A stretch of DNA of 59,144 nt, counting the filler, from Nitrospirota bacterium (lineage in GTDB: Bacteria > UBA2233), in the NCBI GenBank assembly GCA_011620345.1. It is 7 parts of 7 records of this genome, joined end to end, with 100 filler letters (N's around TTAATTAATTAA, not from the genome) between each part and the next. Parts side by side here need not be neighbours in the genome. Positions count along the whole stretch, not along the records: positions 1 to 29,615 come from WOZJ01000022.1; 6 more parts are not named here. One strand, given 5' to 3'. This document shows, in pieces, positions 9,384 to 18,746 of this stretch; the first letter of the stretch is position 1; each line of letters opens with the position of its first letter. The notes beneath the pieces were generated by a model. It did not search any database and was not told where the DNA came from. It was given only the letters and a program-made list of their open reading frames with translations. The position numbers and the translations under genes are program-made.

Positions 9384-10312
9384 AGAAAAGGAGAAAGGCC
9401 GAGCGCTTCGAGCGCCAAGAAGGCCGCACCCATCTCGGGCGGGAAAAGAGGTTGCATCGGTTTTGCATCCGGAAACCTGCTCTTTATGGTTCCCAGGAAC
9501 ATCTCAAGAAACGCCTCGTTTCTAAAAAGGCCGCCTGCCGTCACGAAAGGAAACGCCTCTTGCAGTTGCAGCTTTCGAACGAGCGCTTCGAGCGCCCGCA
9601 GAAGATCTTGAGCCCCTTCCCGAACAATCATTTCTGCGACCATGTCGCCCTCGAACCCTAAAGAAAGGACCTCCGGGGCAAACCGTGCAATCACGTCAAC
9701 TCTCGAACGGCTCCGGTATACCAAAGGAAGAACGCCCGAGGGGTCCTCGATCCCGTAAAACGCCATGAGGGCTTGGGGCAGACGCGTTTCAGGCCCTGTC
9801 CCGTCGACACTTCGCAGTGCCGCTTGCATCCCCTTCCTTCCTAAGTCAAACCCGCTTCCTTCGTCGCCAAGAAGAAACCCGAAGCCTCCCGTCCGCCCGA
9901 CCTGCCCTTTGGCATTCCTCCCCAACACCACCGAACCCGTACCTGCTATGACGAGCACGCCAGGGTTTCCGGCGAGCGCCCCCAGAAGAGCAACGCTCGC
10001 ATCCGTATGGGTGAGTACGACAGGGGATCCCTCAAGGCCCCTACGGACGAGCGCCTCAAGTCTATGCTTCCTTCGGTCCGCCTCTAGACCTGCTACCCCA
10101 AGACAGACAGCGCGGATTACGGGACTAAAAGAAGCGAGAGGAGCAAGGGCTTCCGATAGTGCCCGGTTGAAGGCCAAAAGAACCCCCCTCAAGCCTACGC
10201 TGTTCGGGTTGGCGGGGCCCGCCAGCGATACGCTCAAGGGCCTTGCGTGCAGGTCGGCGACAACGCAGGCGGTTTTCGAGGCCCCCATGTCCAGCCCGGC
10301 TACGACGTCCAT
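9314..10312 (-). CDS. BadF/BadG/BcrA/BcrD ATPase family sugar kinase (GlcNAc/MurNAc kinase, MurK-like)
   Basis: GLDMGASKT, GPAN, GVAG, 'TDA..AL.GA', IAGTGS, GGFGFLLGDEGSG, GGLF. Start at ATG 10312. Confidence 0.88.
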   Translation of the reverse strand: MDVVAGLDMGASKTACVVADLHARPLSVSLAGPANPNSVGLRGVLLAFNRALSEALAPLASFSPVIRAVCLGVAGLEADRRKHRLEALVRRGLEGSPVVLTHTDASVALLGALAGNPGVLVIAGTGSVVLGRNAKGQVGRTGGFGFLLGDEGSGFDLGRKGMQAALRSVDGTGPETRLPQALMAFYGIEDPSGVLPLVYRSRSRVDVIARFAPEVLSLGFEGDMVAEMIVREGAQDLLRALEALVRKLQLQEAFPFVTAGGLFRNEAFLEMFLGTIKSRFPDAKPMQPLFPPEMGAAFLALEALGLSPFLQEEAVPLEQPPSVAGSTWITRL

Positions 10313-10319
10313 AGCCTGC

Positions 10320-11144
10320 TCAAACCCGGACGGAGCGCACCATCCCGAGCGCGCTACGGATCTCGAAGGCAAGCTCCTCGATGGATTTATGGGTTACATC
10401 GAGCATCCGCCACCTTCGATGGCGTCGGCATATTTCTTCAAACTCGCGGACCTCCGACGTCACACGCTCTGGGTCTACGTACTCGCGCGGCAACGTGTAG
10501 GCCCTGGCCATCACCCTGGCCTTCCTGCGCTCGATCAAGATCTCGACGGCGATCGTTAAGGCAAAAACTTTCTTTGGGTCGAGCGTAAGAAGCTTTTCAG
10601 AAAGCGGCACCTCCGGCACGTAGGGAACGTTCGCCGTCTTCATTCCCAGGCATGCGAGGTACATCGAAAGCGGGGTTTTCGAGGTTCGCGAAGGGCCCAC
10701 GAGTACTGCATCTGTTTCGTCGAGCGATTCAACCCCGGCTCCGTCATCATGCGCGATGGTAAACTCGATCGCGTTGATCCTATCGAAGTAGTGGTCGTCC
10801 ATACGGTACAAAAGCCCTGCCTTCTGCTCTGGCTCTTCATGGAGGTAGTCCCGAAGCGTAGACAGCATGGAGCCCATCAAGTCGGCATAAAGAATCGGCT
10901 TTCCCTTGGCCAACGTAACGAACGCCTCGCGAAGATTCTTTTGTACGAACGTAAACACCACGAGTCCCCGGACTTTGCTGGCCTCCTCAATAAGTCGTTG
11001 AACCTGCTCGAGCGTCCGCGTCCTTGGCACTCTGATCATATCGACCGCATGATCACCCAAATCAAACTGGACCAAGCAAGCCCTTAGGACTTTCTCGGCT
11101 GTATCTCCGGTGGCATCGGATACGAGGAACACGGGCTTTTTCAT
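10320..11144 (-). CDS. PEP synthase/pyruvate phosphate dikinase regulatory kinase/pyrophosphorylase (DUF299)
   Basis: VSDATGDTA, YFDRINAIEF..AHDDG, VLVGPSRTSKTPLSMYLA, ANVP, KSIEELA. Confidence 0.95.
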   Translation of the reverse strand: MKKPVFLVSDATGDTAEKVLRACLVQFDLGDHAVDMIRVPRTRTLEQVQRLIEEASKVRGLVVFTFVQKNLREAFVTLAKGKPILYADLMGSMLSTLRDYLHEEPEQKAGLLYRMDDHYFDRINAIEFTIAHDDGAGVESLDETDAVLVGPSRTSKTPLSMYLACLGMKTANVPYVPEVPLSEKLLTLDPKKVFALTIAVEILIERRKARVMARAYTLPREYVDPERVTSEVREFEEICRRHRRWRMLDVTHKSIEELAFEIRSALGMVRSVRV

Positions 11145-12571
11145 GCTTTCTCCCTGGCAAACGCCTCCAAAATTCGCTCTTTGAACGCTTGGGTGTCCGC
11201 ATTCGACAAAAGGACAAGGACAAATGGGCTTCCTAGAAGCGTAAGCGTTTTTTCAACAAGCCGATCCGTATCCGGTTCGATGCAAGCCTTTACCCCACGG
11301 CTTTGGAGCGTTTGGACAACTTCTTGTGGGTCTATTCGCTCATCTTCCGGAACCGTATCCAGACGGTCTGGAGGACGAAGAAAGACCGCGTCGGCCAAGC
11401 ATAACGCATCTATCAGCGCTTCTTGAAGAACTCGCCTTCGCATCGTGTTGGACCTCGGCTCGAAAATAACCCGAAGCTCCCTGTTGGGATAAGAATCCCT
11501 GATTGCCGTCAATACGGCCCGAACTGCCGTAGGATGGTGGGCGAAATCCTCGATCACGCTCGCATGGCCTGTCTCTGCCAAAATTTCGACCCTCCGCCGA
11601 ACGCCATGAAAAGCTTGAAGGCTCTGGGCTGCGGACTGAACCTCCGCACCGAGGAGCAAGGATACCCCAAAGGCGGCCGTCAAGTTGCGGGCGTTGAACA
11701 TCCCTCTAAGCGGTGTCTCGATGGGCACCTCTTGTCCGAGGAGTCCGCAAACAATGCGAAAGTATGCACCGTCGCCGGTATGGCGAAAGTCGCGGATTGA
11801 AAACTCATCGTTTTGGTAATCCCCAAAGGTATACATCCTGCCTCGAAAGCCCTCCAATAGGCCGTGTAACCCTTGAATTTCCGAGGAGGCAAGCAAAAAC
11901 CCTTCGGGGGGAACAAGGCCTGCAAGGAATCGAAATGCGTCGCGAACGTGCCCCAAATCCCTGTAGATATCTGCATGGTCAAACTCGACATGCGTAAGCA
12001 CGAGCCCAAAGGGCGCGTAATGGAATGCCTTGGGATGCTTGTCAAAGCAAGCCGTATCGTACTCGTCGCCTTCAAGCACGCAAAACGGCCCCTGCCCTAT
12101 GCGATACCCTTGTTTTGTGTTGCGCGGGATCCCCCCGATGAAGTACGAAGGGTCAACGCCGGTGTCATAAAGGCTCCAGGCGATCGCCGAAGAAGTGGTC
12201 GTCTTTCCGTGGGTCCCCGCCACAACCACGGCTCGCTTGTCTTGAATGAGGAACATCCTGAGCACTTCGGGGAGCGAAAACACGGGGGCATTGGCCAGGA
12301 GCAGCGCTTCAAGCTCCTGGTTTCCGTAAGAAACGGCATTCCCTACGACAAAGAAGTCTGTCTTGCCTGTTTGAGATGCGACCTTCCCCGCGTCGTATCC
12401 GACTCTGTAAGGAATACCCTTCTCCTCCAGAAGGTCCCTTGCTGGAGGATACACGCCTTTGTCCGAGCCAGCCACCTCAAAGCCTAGATCTTTGAGCAGA
12501 CAAGCCAAGTTCGCCATGGCTATCCCCCCGATGCCCAAGATGTAACAGCGGCCGGGAGGTTTTAATCTCAT
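11141..12571 (-). CDS. mpl: Murein peptide ligase (UDP-MurNAc:L-Ala-gamma-D-Glu-mDAP ligase), MurC family
   Basis: GIGGIAMANLA, GSDKGVYPP, GNAVSYGN.E, AGTHGKTTT, EGDEYDTA.FDK.PK..HY, EFDHADIY, DFAHHPTAV, FEPRSNTM are Mpl-type motifs. Confidence 0.88.
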   Translation of the reverse strand: MRLKPPGRCYILGIGGIAMANLACLLKDLGFEVAGSDKGVYPPARDLLEEKGIPYRVGYDAGKVASQTGKTDFFVVGNAVSYGNQELEALLLANAPVFSLPEVLRMFLIQDKRAVVVAGTHGKTTTSSAIAWSLYDTGVDPSYFIGGIPRNTKQGYRIGQGPFCVLEGDEYDTACFDKHPKAFHYAPFGLVLTHVEFDHADIYRDLGHVRDAFRFLAGLVPPEGFLLASSEIQGLHGLLEGFRGRMYTFGDYQNDEFSIRDFRHTGDGAYFRIVCGLLGQEVPIETPLRGMFNARNLTAAFGVSLLLGAEVQSAAQSLQAFHGVRRRVEILAETGHASVIEDFAHHPTAVRAVLTAIRDSYPNRELRVIFEPRSNTMRRRVLQEALIDALCLADAVFLRPPDRLDTVPEDERIDPQEVVQTLQSRGVKACIEPDTDRLVEKTLTLLGSPFVLVLLSNADTQAFKERILEAFAREKA

Positions 12572-13068
12572 GGCGATAGCACCCCGAACCGCTCGACGCG
12601 AAGCGTATCCCCGACCACGCTTCCTGTAACCCATAGGGTAGCTCCGGGCTTTGGAAGGGTACCTTCCCTAAGGCCTCCAACATCCACCAGTTCAAGCGCT
12701 CGGCCTTCGCCGCTCTCAAGGAGAAACCTGCCGTCTTCTTCGCGAAGAACACCCACGAAAGGCCGCTTCCCCGAAATCGACAGGATCGTGTAGTTGCGCA
12801 CGTTGACTTCTGGGTATGGAACAGACGGACGAAGCTCCCCTTCTAACAAGACATGCGCGCCCGGAAGGCCAACGAGCCCCTTCTCCAACTTTCCGGAGAG
12901 CCTAACGTGCTTTCCGTCTTCGGTTCGAAGGAGGCAGATCGCCCTCCCTTTTTCCTCGATGGCGACGAGGGTTCCCGATGAGCGAAACACTCGCGAAGAC
13001 TCGCAGCCCAGGATCAGCAAAGCCATACAAGACAACAGTCCAAACACCCAAGCGAACCTATTGAACAC
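12568..13068 (-). CDS. Hypothetical lipoprotein (beta-rich, possibly tandem OB-like folds)
   Basis: Signal peptide with lipobox ILGC. Overlaps both neighbours in the operon. Confidence 0.7.
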   Translation of the reverse strand: MFNRFAWVFGLLSCMALLILGCESSRVFRSSGTLVAIEEKGRAICLLRTEDGKHVRLSGKLEKGLVGLPGAHVLLEGELRPSVPYPEVNVRNYTILSISGKRPFVGVLREEDGRFLLESGEGRALELVDVGGLREGTLPKPGATLWVTGSVVGDTLRVERFGVLSP

Positions 13069-15157
13069 GAACGACCGTCACGCTTAAAGGATAGGGCGTT
13101 TCCGTGGAAAAGACTACGTTTCGTTCCTTTGGGCCGTTCGTCGAGACAAGCTCGAAAAACGACGCACCTGCCGGGGGAATCACGTTGGCTACGACTGGAA
13201 GCCTCAGGGGCAAGACCGACCCGAAAGGAACCCACGCGATCGGGTTGTCCCAGTCGAGGGTAGGAGTGCGAGCCGGGATGGATTCAAGCCTTTTGATGTA
13301 AGGCCCCGTAAAATATACCCGCCCAAACCCGCCAAAGTCTTCATTTCCCGTATCGTTCGGCCCGTAGATTCTGATGCCTACCTCCTGCCCGCTCAAGGGG
13401 TCTTTGACGGGCTCTTTGTAGCGGTAGGCTTCCCCCTTGAACCTTTGAACACCCTCCAGCACAAGCGTGGCGTACCAATCTTTCATTAGGTCCGCAAAAG
13501 GCCTGTTCGAGGCCCGCTCGATCGCCCGCATTTCCTTGTTTAGGCCAGAATAAGAGAACACCCGATAGAGCCAGGCTATCCCCCCGTTATCGTTGAGAGC
13601 TCCGCTCCTTGAAATGCTGGCGCCGCCAGCCCGGTCGAACAAGAAGCGTAAAAATAGATACCCCAACCCACGCCTGTAAGACGAGTCCCCTCCACCTTCA
13701 TCGCCAAGATCGTAGCTCACGAACACGTCCTTGCCCGTCAAGGAAAGGTTTGGAAAGGCCATCAGGGCGAACAACGCGAGCTGCTTGGGGCCGGAGGGCT
13801 CGGAGCCGTACCCGGAGAGATCCTCGGCCAGGTACGCCAAGGCTTCCGTAAACCAGGTTACGGGTGCGCTTGCAAGCTCCCTGCGCGCGCTCGGTTCGAC
13901 GATACGGTTGCCGAAATAGATGAGATGGGCAAGCTCGTGCGCCATCGTCGCCAGAAGAAGCCCGTTTTGATCAACATCCTCCGGGACGAACGCATAAAAC
14001 ACTTCCCCCTCATTGCTGAAAGGGTTGAGGCTTTCTTCCGGCGCGTCATGATCGGCCATATTGGGGAACAAATCGGTCATGATTGTAAACCCTGAGGCCT
14101 GCGTGCCGTTCAACACGGGCGTCAAGAACACGATGACCTTGCCGTTTCCGTCTACGTCCGTAGGCGCCCCGATAACCTGCATATCCCGCGGAACGATCGT
14201 CTCGTTGGCGACACGAACGAGCTTATCGAGTACATCGTCCGAAAATTCTTGGGCTTCGGCATCAAGATAGAGGTCTATATAGCTTCCTTGGGAGATACGC
14301 CTTGCCGGCCGCTCAAGTGCGCTACGCCCTCCTGACTGGATCACGCCGTTTTGCCATTTTTGGTCCAGGTCAAGCCCCGTAACGTCCACGTAGAACGTCC
14401 GCATGTCGCCATCTCGTGCCGAAGGCAACAAGGGCTCCTGAGAAGAGGATGTCTGCGTGGCTCCTTCCGATGGCTCCGTGCCCTTAATAGAGCCAACCTG
14501 GGGCAACGACCCATCAGGGGAGGTTGCTTGCTGCCCAGGCTCGGTTAGAGCAGGGGCCGTCTGCGGCGCAGACTGGGTAGGCGGCTTGGCGGCGGCCTGT
14601 GGGGCGACTGGAACCGGCACAGGGATCAAGATGGGGGGAACGGCTAAGCTCACGCGGGCCGCTGCAAGCGGTCCAATGCCCGCGTTCAACAACCGGGCGA
14701 GGGCCCCCTGCCTTGAACGGTCAAAAAGAATCCTCGCCGAGCCGGAGGCAATCGTTTCTTGCTGCGTTTCCAGGGCAAACGGGTTTACCGACATTGGGTT
14801 CTGCCAGTCGTGCACGCCCGAGGGACTCGACAAAAGAAAGCGGAAGCTGTGCCCTTGAAGCTTCAGCTGGTAGGTTGGATCGCCTAAATTGGCGTTGGCC
14901 GGGTTCGGTACGGGCATCACGTAGCTTGCAAGCCCTTGGGATTTGTCGATATCCGGAAAATACGGGTCGGCGTGCACGATAACCACGTAGGCCTCTTCCC
15001 CTTTTGACTCCGGAAAAACCAACGAGGCGGACCCGGAGGGCGTAGGGACGTGGTAGGACTCTCCCGCGCTTTGATTGATTCGGTAGGTCAACCCAAACAC
15101 ATGCATCGGGAAAAGGAGCAAAAGCCCAAGGAAACCCGTCAATCGAACCAAGGCCAT
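13058..15157 (-). CDS. Secreted zinc metallopeptidase, M30 (hyicolysin)-like, with Pro/Ala/Thr/Gln-rich linker
   Basis: Signal peptide; DVDGNGKV; SNEGEVFY; AHELAHLI...WFTEALAYLAED (HExxH plus downstream E, gluzincin). Confidence 0.8.
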   Translation of the reverse strand: MALVRLTGFLGLLLLFPMHVFGLTYRINQSAGESYHVPTPSGSASLVFPESKGEEAYVVIVHADPYFPDIDKSQGLASYVMPVPNPANANLGDPTYQLKLQGHSFRFLLSSPSGVHDWQNPMSVNPFALETQQETIASGSARILFDRSRQGALARLLNAGIGPLAAARVSLAVPPILIPVPVPVAPQAAAKPPTQSAPQTAPALTEPGQQATSPDGSLPQVGSIKGTEPSEGATQTSSSQEPLLPSARDGDMRTFYVDVTGLDLDQKWQNGVIQSGGRSALERPARRISQGSYIDLYLDAEAQEFSDDVLDKLVRVANETIVPRDMQVIGAPTDVDGNGKVIVFLTPVLNGTQASGFTIMTDLFPNMADHDAPEESLNPFSNEGEVFYAFVPEDVDQNGLLLATMAHELAHLIYFGNRIVEPSARRELASAPVTWFTEALAYLAEDLSGYGSEPSGPKQLALFALMAFPNLSLTGKDVFVSYDLGDEGGGDSSYRRGLGYLFLRFLFDRAGGASISRSGALNDNGGIAWLYRVFSYSGLNKEMRAIERASNRPFADLMKDWYATLVLEGVQRFKGEAYRYKEPVKDPLSGQEVGIRIYGPNDTGNEDFGGFGRVYFTGPYIKRLESIPARTPTLDWDNPIAWVPFGSVLPLRLPVVANVIPPAGASFFELVSTNGPKERNVVFSTETPYPLSVTVVRVQ

Positions 15158-15174
15158 ACGCTTCCTCCTAAGGG

Positions 15175-16722
15175 CTATGGGGCAAGGTAAACAGCAAGCA
15201 AGCCAGAGTCGCCTCGAAACGTAACGTCTACATAGGCCGGGGAAGAGGCAGTTGGATCAAAAAACCGCGCGCTGCCCCCTTGAACCGTCCAGCTTCCAGA
15301 CGGGTCCGACTCGGACGCTGGCCCATCGAGCGGAATCGTGACCCTGTTTCCTCTGCAGTTATCGCAGTTGACCGATCTATTCCCTCTAAGCGCAATCCCA
15401 ACGGTCTGGCCCGTGATGGCGTCTTTTTTGGGCGGGTCGTAACGGAACCCTTGCTCTTTAAGGCCAAGCATTCCGTCGGCCATGAGCGTGGCAACCCAGC
15501 TCACGAACGATTCTTTAAACGGCCTACCTGTTGCCTTCTCTAGGTTGGCCCTTCCCGCAAGCCCGCTTGAAATAAGTTTACGGGTAAAAGCTGCACCCCC
15601 TCGGTCCACAAGATTTCCCGTCGTGTCAAACCCGGCAGTCCCTCCTGCCTGCTCGAACAGGTAGCGAAGGAACAAATAGGCTGCCCCGCGCTGGGCAGCC
15701 GTATCGGTCTTTCCGTCAATATCCGGCCCTGTCAAGGAGGCATCGGGGGCAGATTGGAGGTATTCGAACGACATGGCGGGCGGTCCGTTACTATCATCGC
15801 CAAGCCCGCAGTTGTCCTCGGCCATGTAGGAAAGCCCCTCGTTAAGCCAGACTTCTTCCGGCACGGCATTCGGGATTTCATAAATACGTCTGGAGAAATT
15901 GATCAGATGCTGATATTCGTGCGCAATCGTGGCGTACAGCAAATTCCTAGAAACCCCCCCGGTAACAGGGGTCGCGTAGAGAATCTCCTGCTGGTTGCTG
16001 GAGGGGTTTGAAAAGATTCGCCTAGGAAAGAGGTCGGCCGCACTAAAGAACCCCACGGCACCGCTGTTTTTGAACCGATCGGTCAAAAGTACGCTGAAGT
16101 GAGCGTCCCCGTTGATGTCCGATTCCTGGCCAAATAGGAGCCTGTCCCTGGGTACGATGAGATCGTCTATCCTACGAACAAGCTCGGGCACAAGCCCGGG
16201 CTCTACAGAGATCCCCTCTTCTTGGTATACCTTGGCGTACTTGGTTTGCTCGATGAGCTTCGCTTGAATAACCATCACGCCCTTGCCCGGCACAAGGCCC
16301 GTTAGGTCGAGATAGAAAGAGTACGTGCCCGGGCTTGAGCCGGAAGCCATGGGCATGGCCTGGGTCTTGCGCTGCCTTTGGAATCGCTCGAGCCCTAGGG
16401 CTTGCCATTCCCGCTGCCTTAAAACGGATTCGAGCCCTCCCACCCTGGGGTCGCGAGGCAAATCAGCCGGAAAGGAAAGCCCGAGCGCCTTGATCAAGGG
16501 GCGCATGGCGGGAATTCCCGCGTTGAACACGGCCGCCCCGATACCATCGGGCGAGGCCACGGCGAAGGCCTTGGAAGCCGCCCCGGCAAGCGGCACCCGG
16601 ACCGTACCCTTGGCTTGGAGCGTCCTGAGCTCTAGCGCCCGCCCTGCCTCCGGGATTGCAAGCGTAAGCAGGCAGCAAGCCAAGAAAAAACGCTTGAGAA
16701 AGCCTATTTTTTGGGATTCCAC
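15175..16722 (-). CDS. Secreted zinc metallopeptidase, M30-like (paralog of the adjacent gene)
   Basis: Signal peptide; DINGD; GFF..ADL; SNQQEILY; TIAHEYQHLIN...WLNEGLSYMAED. Confidence 0.85.
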   Translation of the reverse strand: MESQKIGFLKRFFLACCLLTLAIPEAGRALELRTLQAKGTVRVPLAGAASKAFAVASPDGIGAAVFNAGIPAMRPLIKALGLSFPADLPRDPRVGGLESVLRQREWQALGLERFQRQRKTQAMPMASGSSPGTYSFYLDLTGLVPGKGVMVIQAKLIEQTKYAKVYQEEGISVEPGLVPELVRRIDDLIVPRDRLLFGQESDINGDAHFSVLLTDRFKNSGAVGFFSAADLFPRRIFSNPSSNQQEILYATPVTGGVSRNLLYATIAHEYQHLINFSRRIYEIPNAVPEEVWLNEGLSYMAEDNCGLGDDSNGPPAMSFEYLQSAPDASLTGPDIDGKTDTAAQRGAAYLFLRYLFEQAGGTAGFDTTGNLVDRGGAAFTRKLISSGLAGRANLEKATGRPFKESFVSWVATLMADGMLGLKEQGFRYDPPKKDAITGQTVGIALRGNRSVNCDNCRGNRVTIPLDGPASESDPSGSWTVQGGSARFFDPTASSPAYVDVTFRGDSGLLAVYLAP

Positions 16723-17102
16723 GATCCTTTCCTTTCGACCGTAACCCGGATTATCGTCTCGTTTTCGCCGGCGGCGAGCGAAATGCTCCCCCGCGCCTTG
16801 AGTGGCAGGTTCGCTATAAGATAGGTAATCGTCGCGTCATCGATGTCCCTCCTTCCGATTTCCCAACCGGCCCTGGAAAGCTCTTTTTGATAAAAAGCAT
16901 CGACTTTGGCGAGGTCGTCCCCCGTTTTAAGGTCAGCAGAGAAAACCTCAAGCGTTTTCGCCTCTTGCGTCCGTACAACCTTTGCCTGAGGATACACAGG
17001 GATGGTGCTTGGATAGGCCTTTGGAAACGTAAGCCCCAAACACATTGCAAGCACCATCAACCCCGTACTGAGCGTTGCACATTGAACTGCTCGAAATTTC
17101 AT
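16704..17102 (-). CDS. Hypothetical exported protein
   Basis: N-terminal hydrophobic segment, 'IPVYPQAK', 'VDAFYQKEL..AGW'. GGAG RBS before ATG 17102. First gene of the operon. Confidence 0.7.
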   Translation of the reverse strand: MKFRAVQCATLSTGLMVLAMCLGLTFPKAYPSTIPVYPQAKVVRTQEAKTLEVFSADLKTGDDLAKVDAFYQKELSRAGWEIGRRDIDDATITYLIANLPLKARGSISLAAGENETIIRVTVERKGSWNPKK

Positions 17103-17213
17103 TGCCCTTCCTCCGTTTGGATAGGAAATAAAGATTGCTGCCAACAAGACGTTCCCCTATAATGGAAACCAAACATCGCATCGAACCCCAAACGAACCTT
17201 CAGAATTTAAAGC

Positions 17214-18746
17214 ATGCTTACCCAACGTTCGCTCGCAAGGCAGGCCCTTACCGTCTCGCTCATGACGTTCCTGAGCCGTATTTCAGGGGCCGCAAGGGAC
17301 ATGCTCACGGCCTACGCCTTCAGCCCCTGGGTTACAGACGCGTTTTTCCTGGCCTTTCGCATTCCCAACGTCTTTCGACAGCTATTGGCGGAAGGGGCCA
17401 TGAATGCCGGCTTTGTTCCCGTCCTGGCCCAGGAAAAGTCCAGGGGAACACCCGATCATTATGGAGCATTTCTACGGGCAAGTCTAGGCGCCCTTCTAGC
17501 ATTGCTTATCGCGACCTGCCTGATGGGCATTGTTTCTGCGCCATGGATTATCCGTCTGTTTGCACCCGGGTTTTCTAGCGACCCCTTGCAACTCCGGCTG
17601 GCTAGCAGGCTGCTTGCGCTTTGCTTCCCGTACCTTTTCCTGATTAGCCTATGCGCGTTCTTTGCCGGCATCCTCAATGTCGAGGGTTCGTTTTGGGGCC
17701 CAAGCTTTTCGCCCGTCGCCTTCAACGTTACGCTATGTTCGGTGATCTTTTTTTCGATGCACATTCGGCCTAACTGGGGCTACAGCCTAGGAGTGGGCGT
17801 CCTTTTAGGCGGGCTGGCCCAGCTCGTTTTTCACCTGATCCCACTCGAGGACCGATCAAGGCGCTTAAGGCCCTCCTGGAACCCTGCACACCCTGCCTTG
17901 AAACAGATGGCCTTTCTTATCCTTCCGTCCATTCCCTCTTTCGGCATGACACAGATCAACATTCTTGTCGATAGCCTATTCGCAACGCTTGTAGGCAAAG
18001 GGTCCGTGTCGGCCTTGTACTACGCCGCAAGATTGCTCGAATTTGCTATGGGAATCGTACCGATCGCGCTTGCCACCGTTACCCTTCCAAGGTTCGCGAC
18101 ACTGATCGCCAAGAACGACAAAAAGGCCCTCGAGATAGGCTTTCAAAAGACGCTCTTCTTGACGCTCTTCTTGACGCTCCCAGCGGCGGTTGGCCTTTGC
18201 ATTCTTGCTACGCCGATCGTCCGCCTCGTTTACGAACGCGGGAATTTTCTGCCCGAACTCACCCACTCGACATCCGCAGCGCTCGTTGGGTTCTCGATCG
18301 GGCTGGTCCCTTACGCGTTCATCCGGATCATGGTTAGCACCTTTTACGCGTTTCAGGACACAAAAACACCGTTGATTTGGTCCTTTGTGGGGATGTTAGC
18401 GAACGTCCTGGGAGATTATTTTTTTCTTGGGTTCGGAACGTTCGGCCTAGCGCTGGCCACTTCGCTCTCGGGCTGGATTCAGCTGATCGGGCTCAGCCGC
18501 TCACTGAGAGCCTACCATCAGCTTGATCTAGGGCTGCTTCTTTCCGGCCGGGCGCTTAAAGTCTATCTTGCCGGGGTTTCGATGGTCGCAGCCTGGTATT
18601 TCCTGGGAAAAGGTTGGCTTTTTGGGTTTTCCGGTGTTGTTGCGTTTTCCTTCGCCGTTCTCGGCGTCATCGCATTCCTGGCCTTGACATACTTCAGCGT
18701 CTACTTCGGCTTTGGCCTAATAAGCAAGCTACGCGAGCGTCTTTAG
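17214..18746 (+). CDS. murJ: Lipid II flippase MurJ (MviN)
   Basis: SRISG.ARD, DAFFLAFRIPN.FRQL.AEGA....FVP, LYYA.RL.E, FYAFQDTKTP. Confidence 0.95.
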   Translation: MLTQRSLARQALTVSLMTFLSRISGAARDMLTAYAFSPWVTDAFFLAFRIPNVFRQLLAEGAMNAGFVPVLAQEKSRGTPDHYGAFLRASLGALLALLIATCLMGIVSAPWIIRLFAPGFSSDPLQLRLASRLLALCFPYLFLISLCAFFAGILNVEGSFWGPSFSPVAFNVTLCSVIFFSMHIRPNWGYSLGVGVLLGGLAQLVFHLIPLEDRSRRLRPSWNPAHPALKQMAFLILPSIPSFGMTQINILVDSLFATLVGKGSVSALYYAARLLEFAMGIVPIALATVTLPRFATLIAKNDKKALEIGFQKTLFLTLFLTLPAAVGLCILATPIVRLVYERGNFLPELTHSTSAALVGFSIGLVPYAFIRIMVSTFYAFQDTKTPLIWSFVGMLANVLGDYFFLGFGTFGLALATSLSGWIQLIGLSRSLRAYHQLDLGLLLSGRALKVYLAGVSMVAAWYFLGKGWLFGFSGVVAFSFAVLGVIAFLALTYFSVYFGFGLISKLRERL

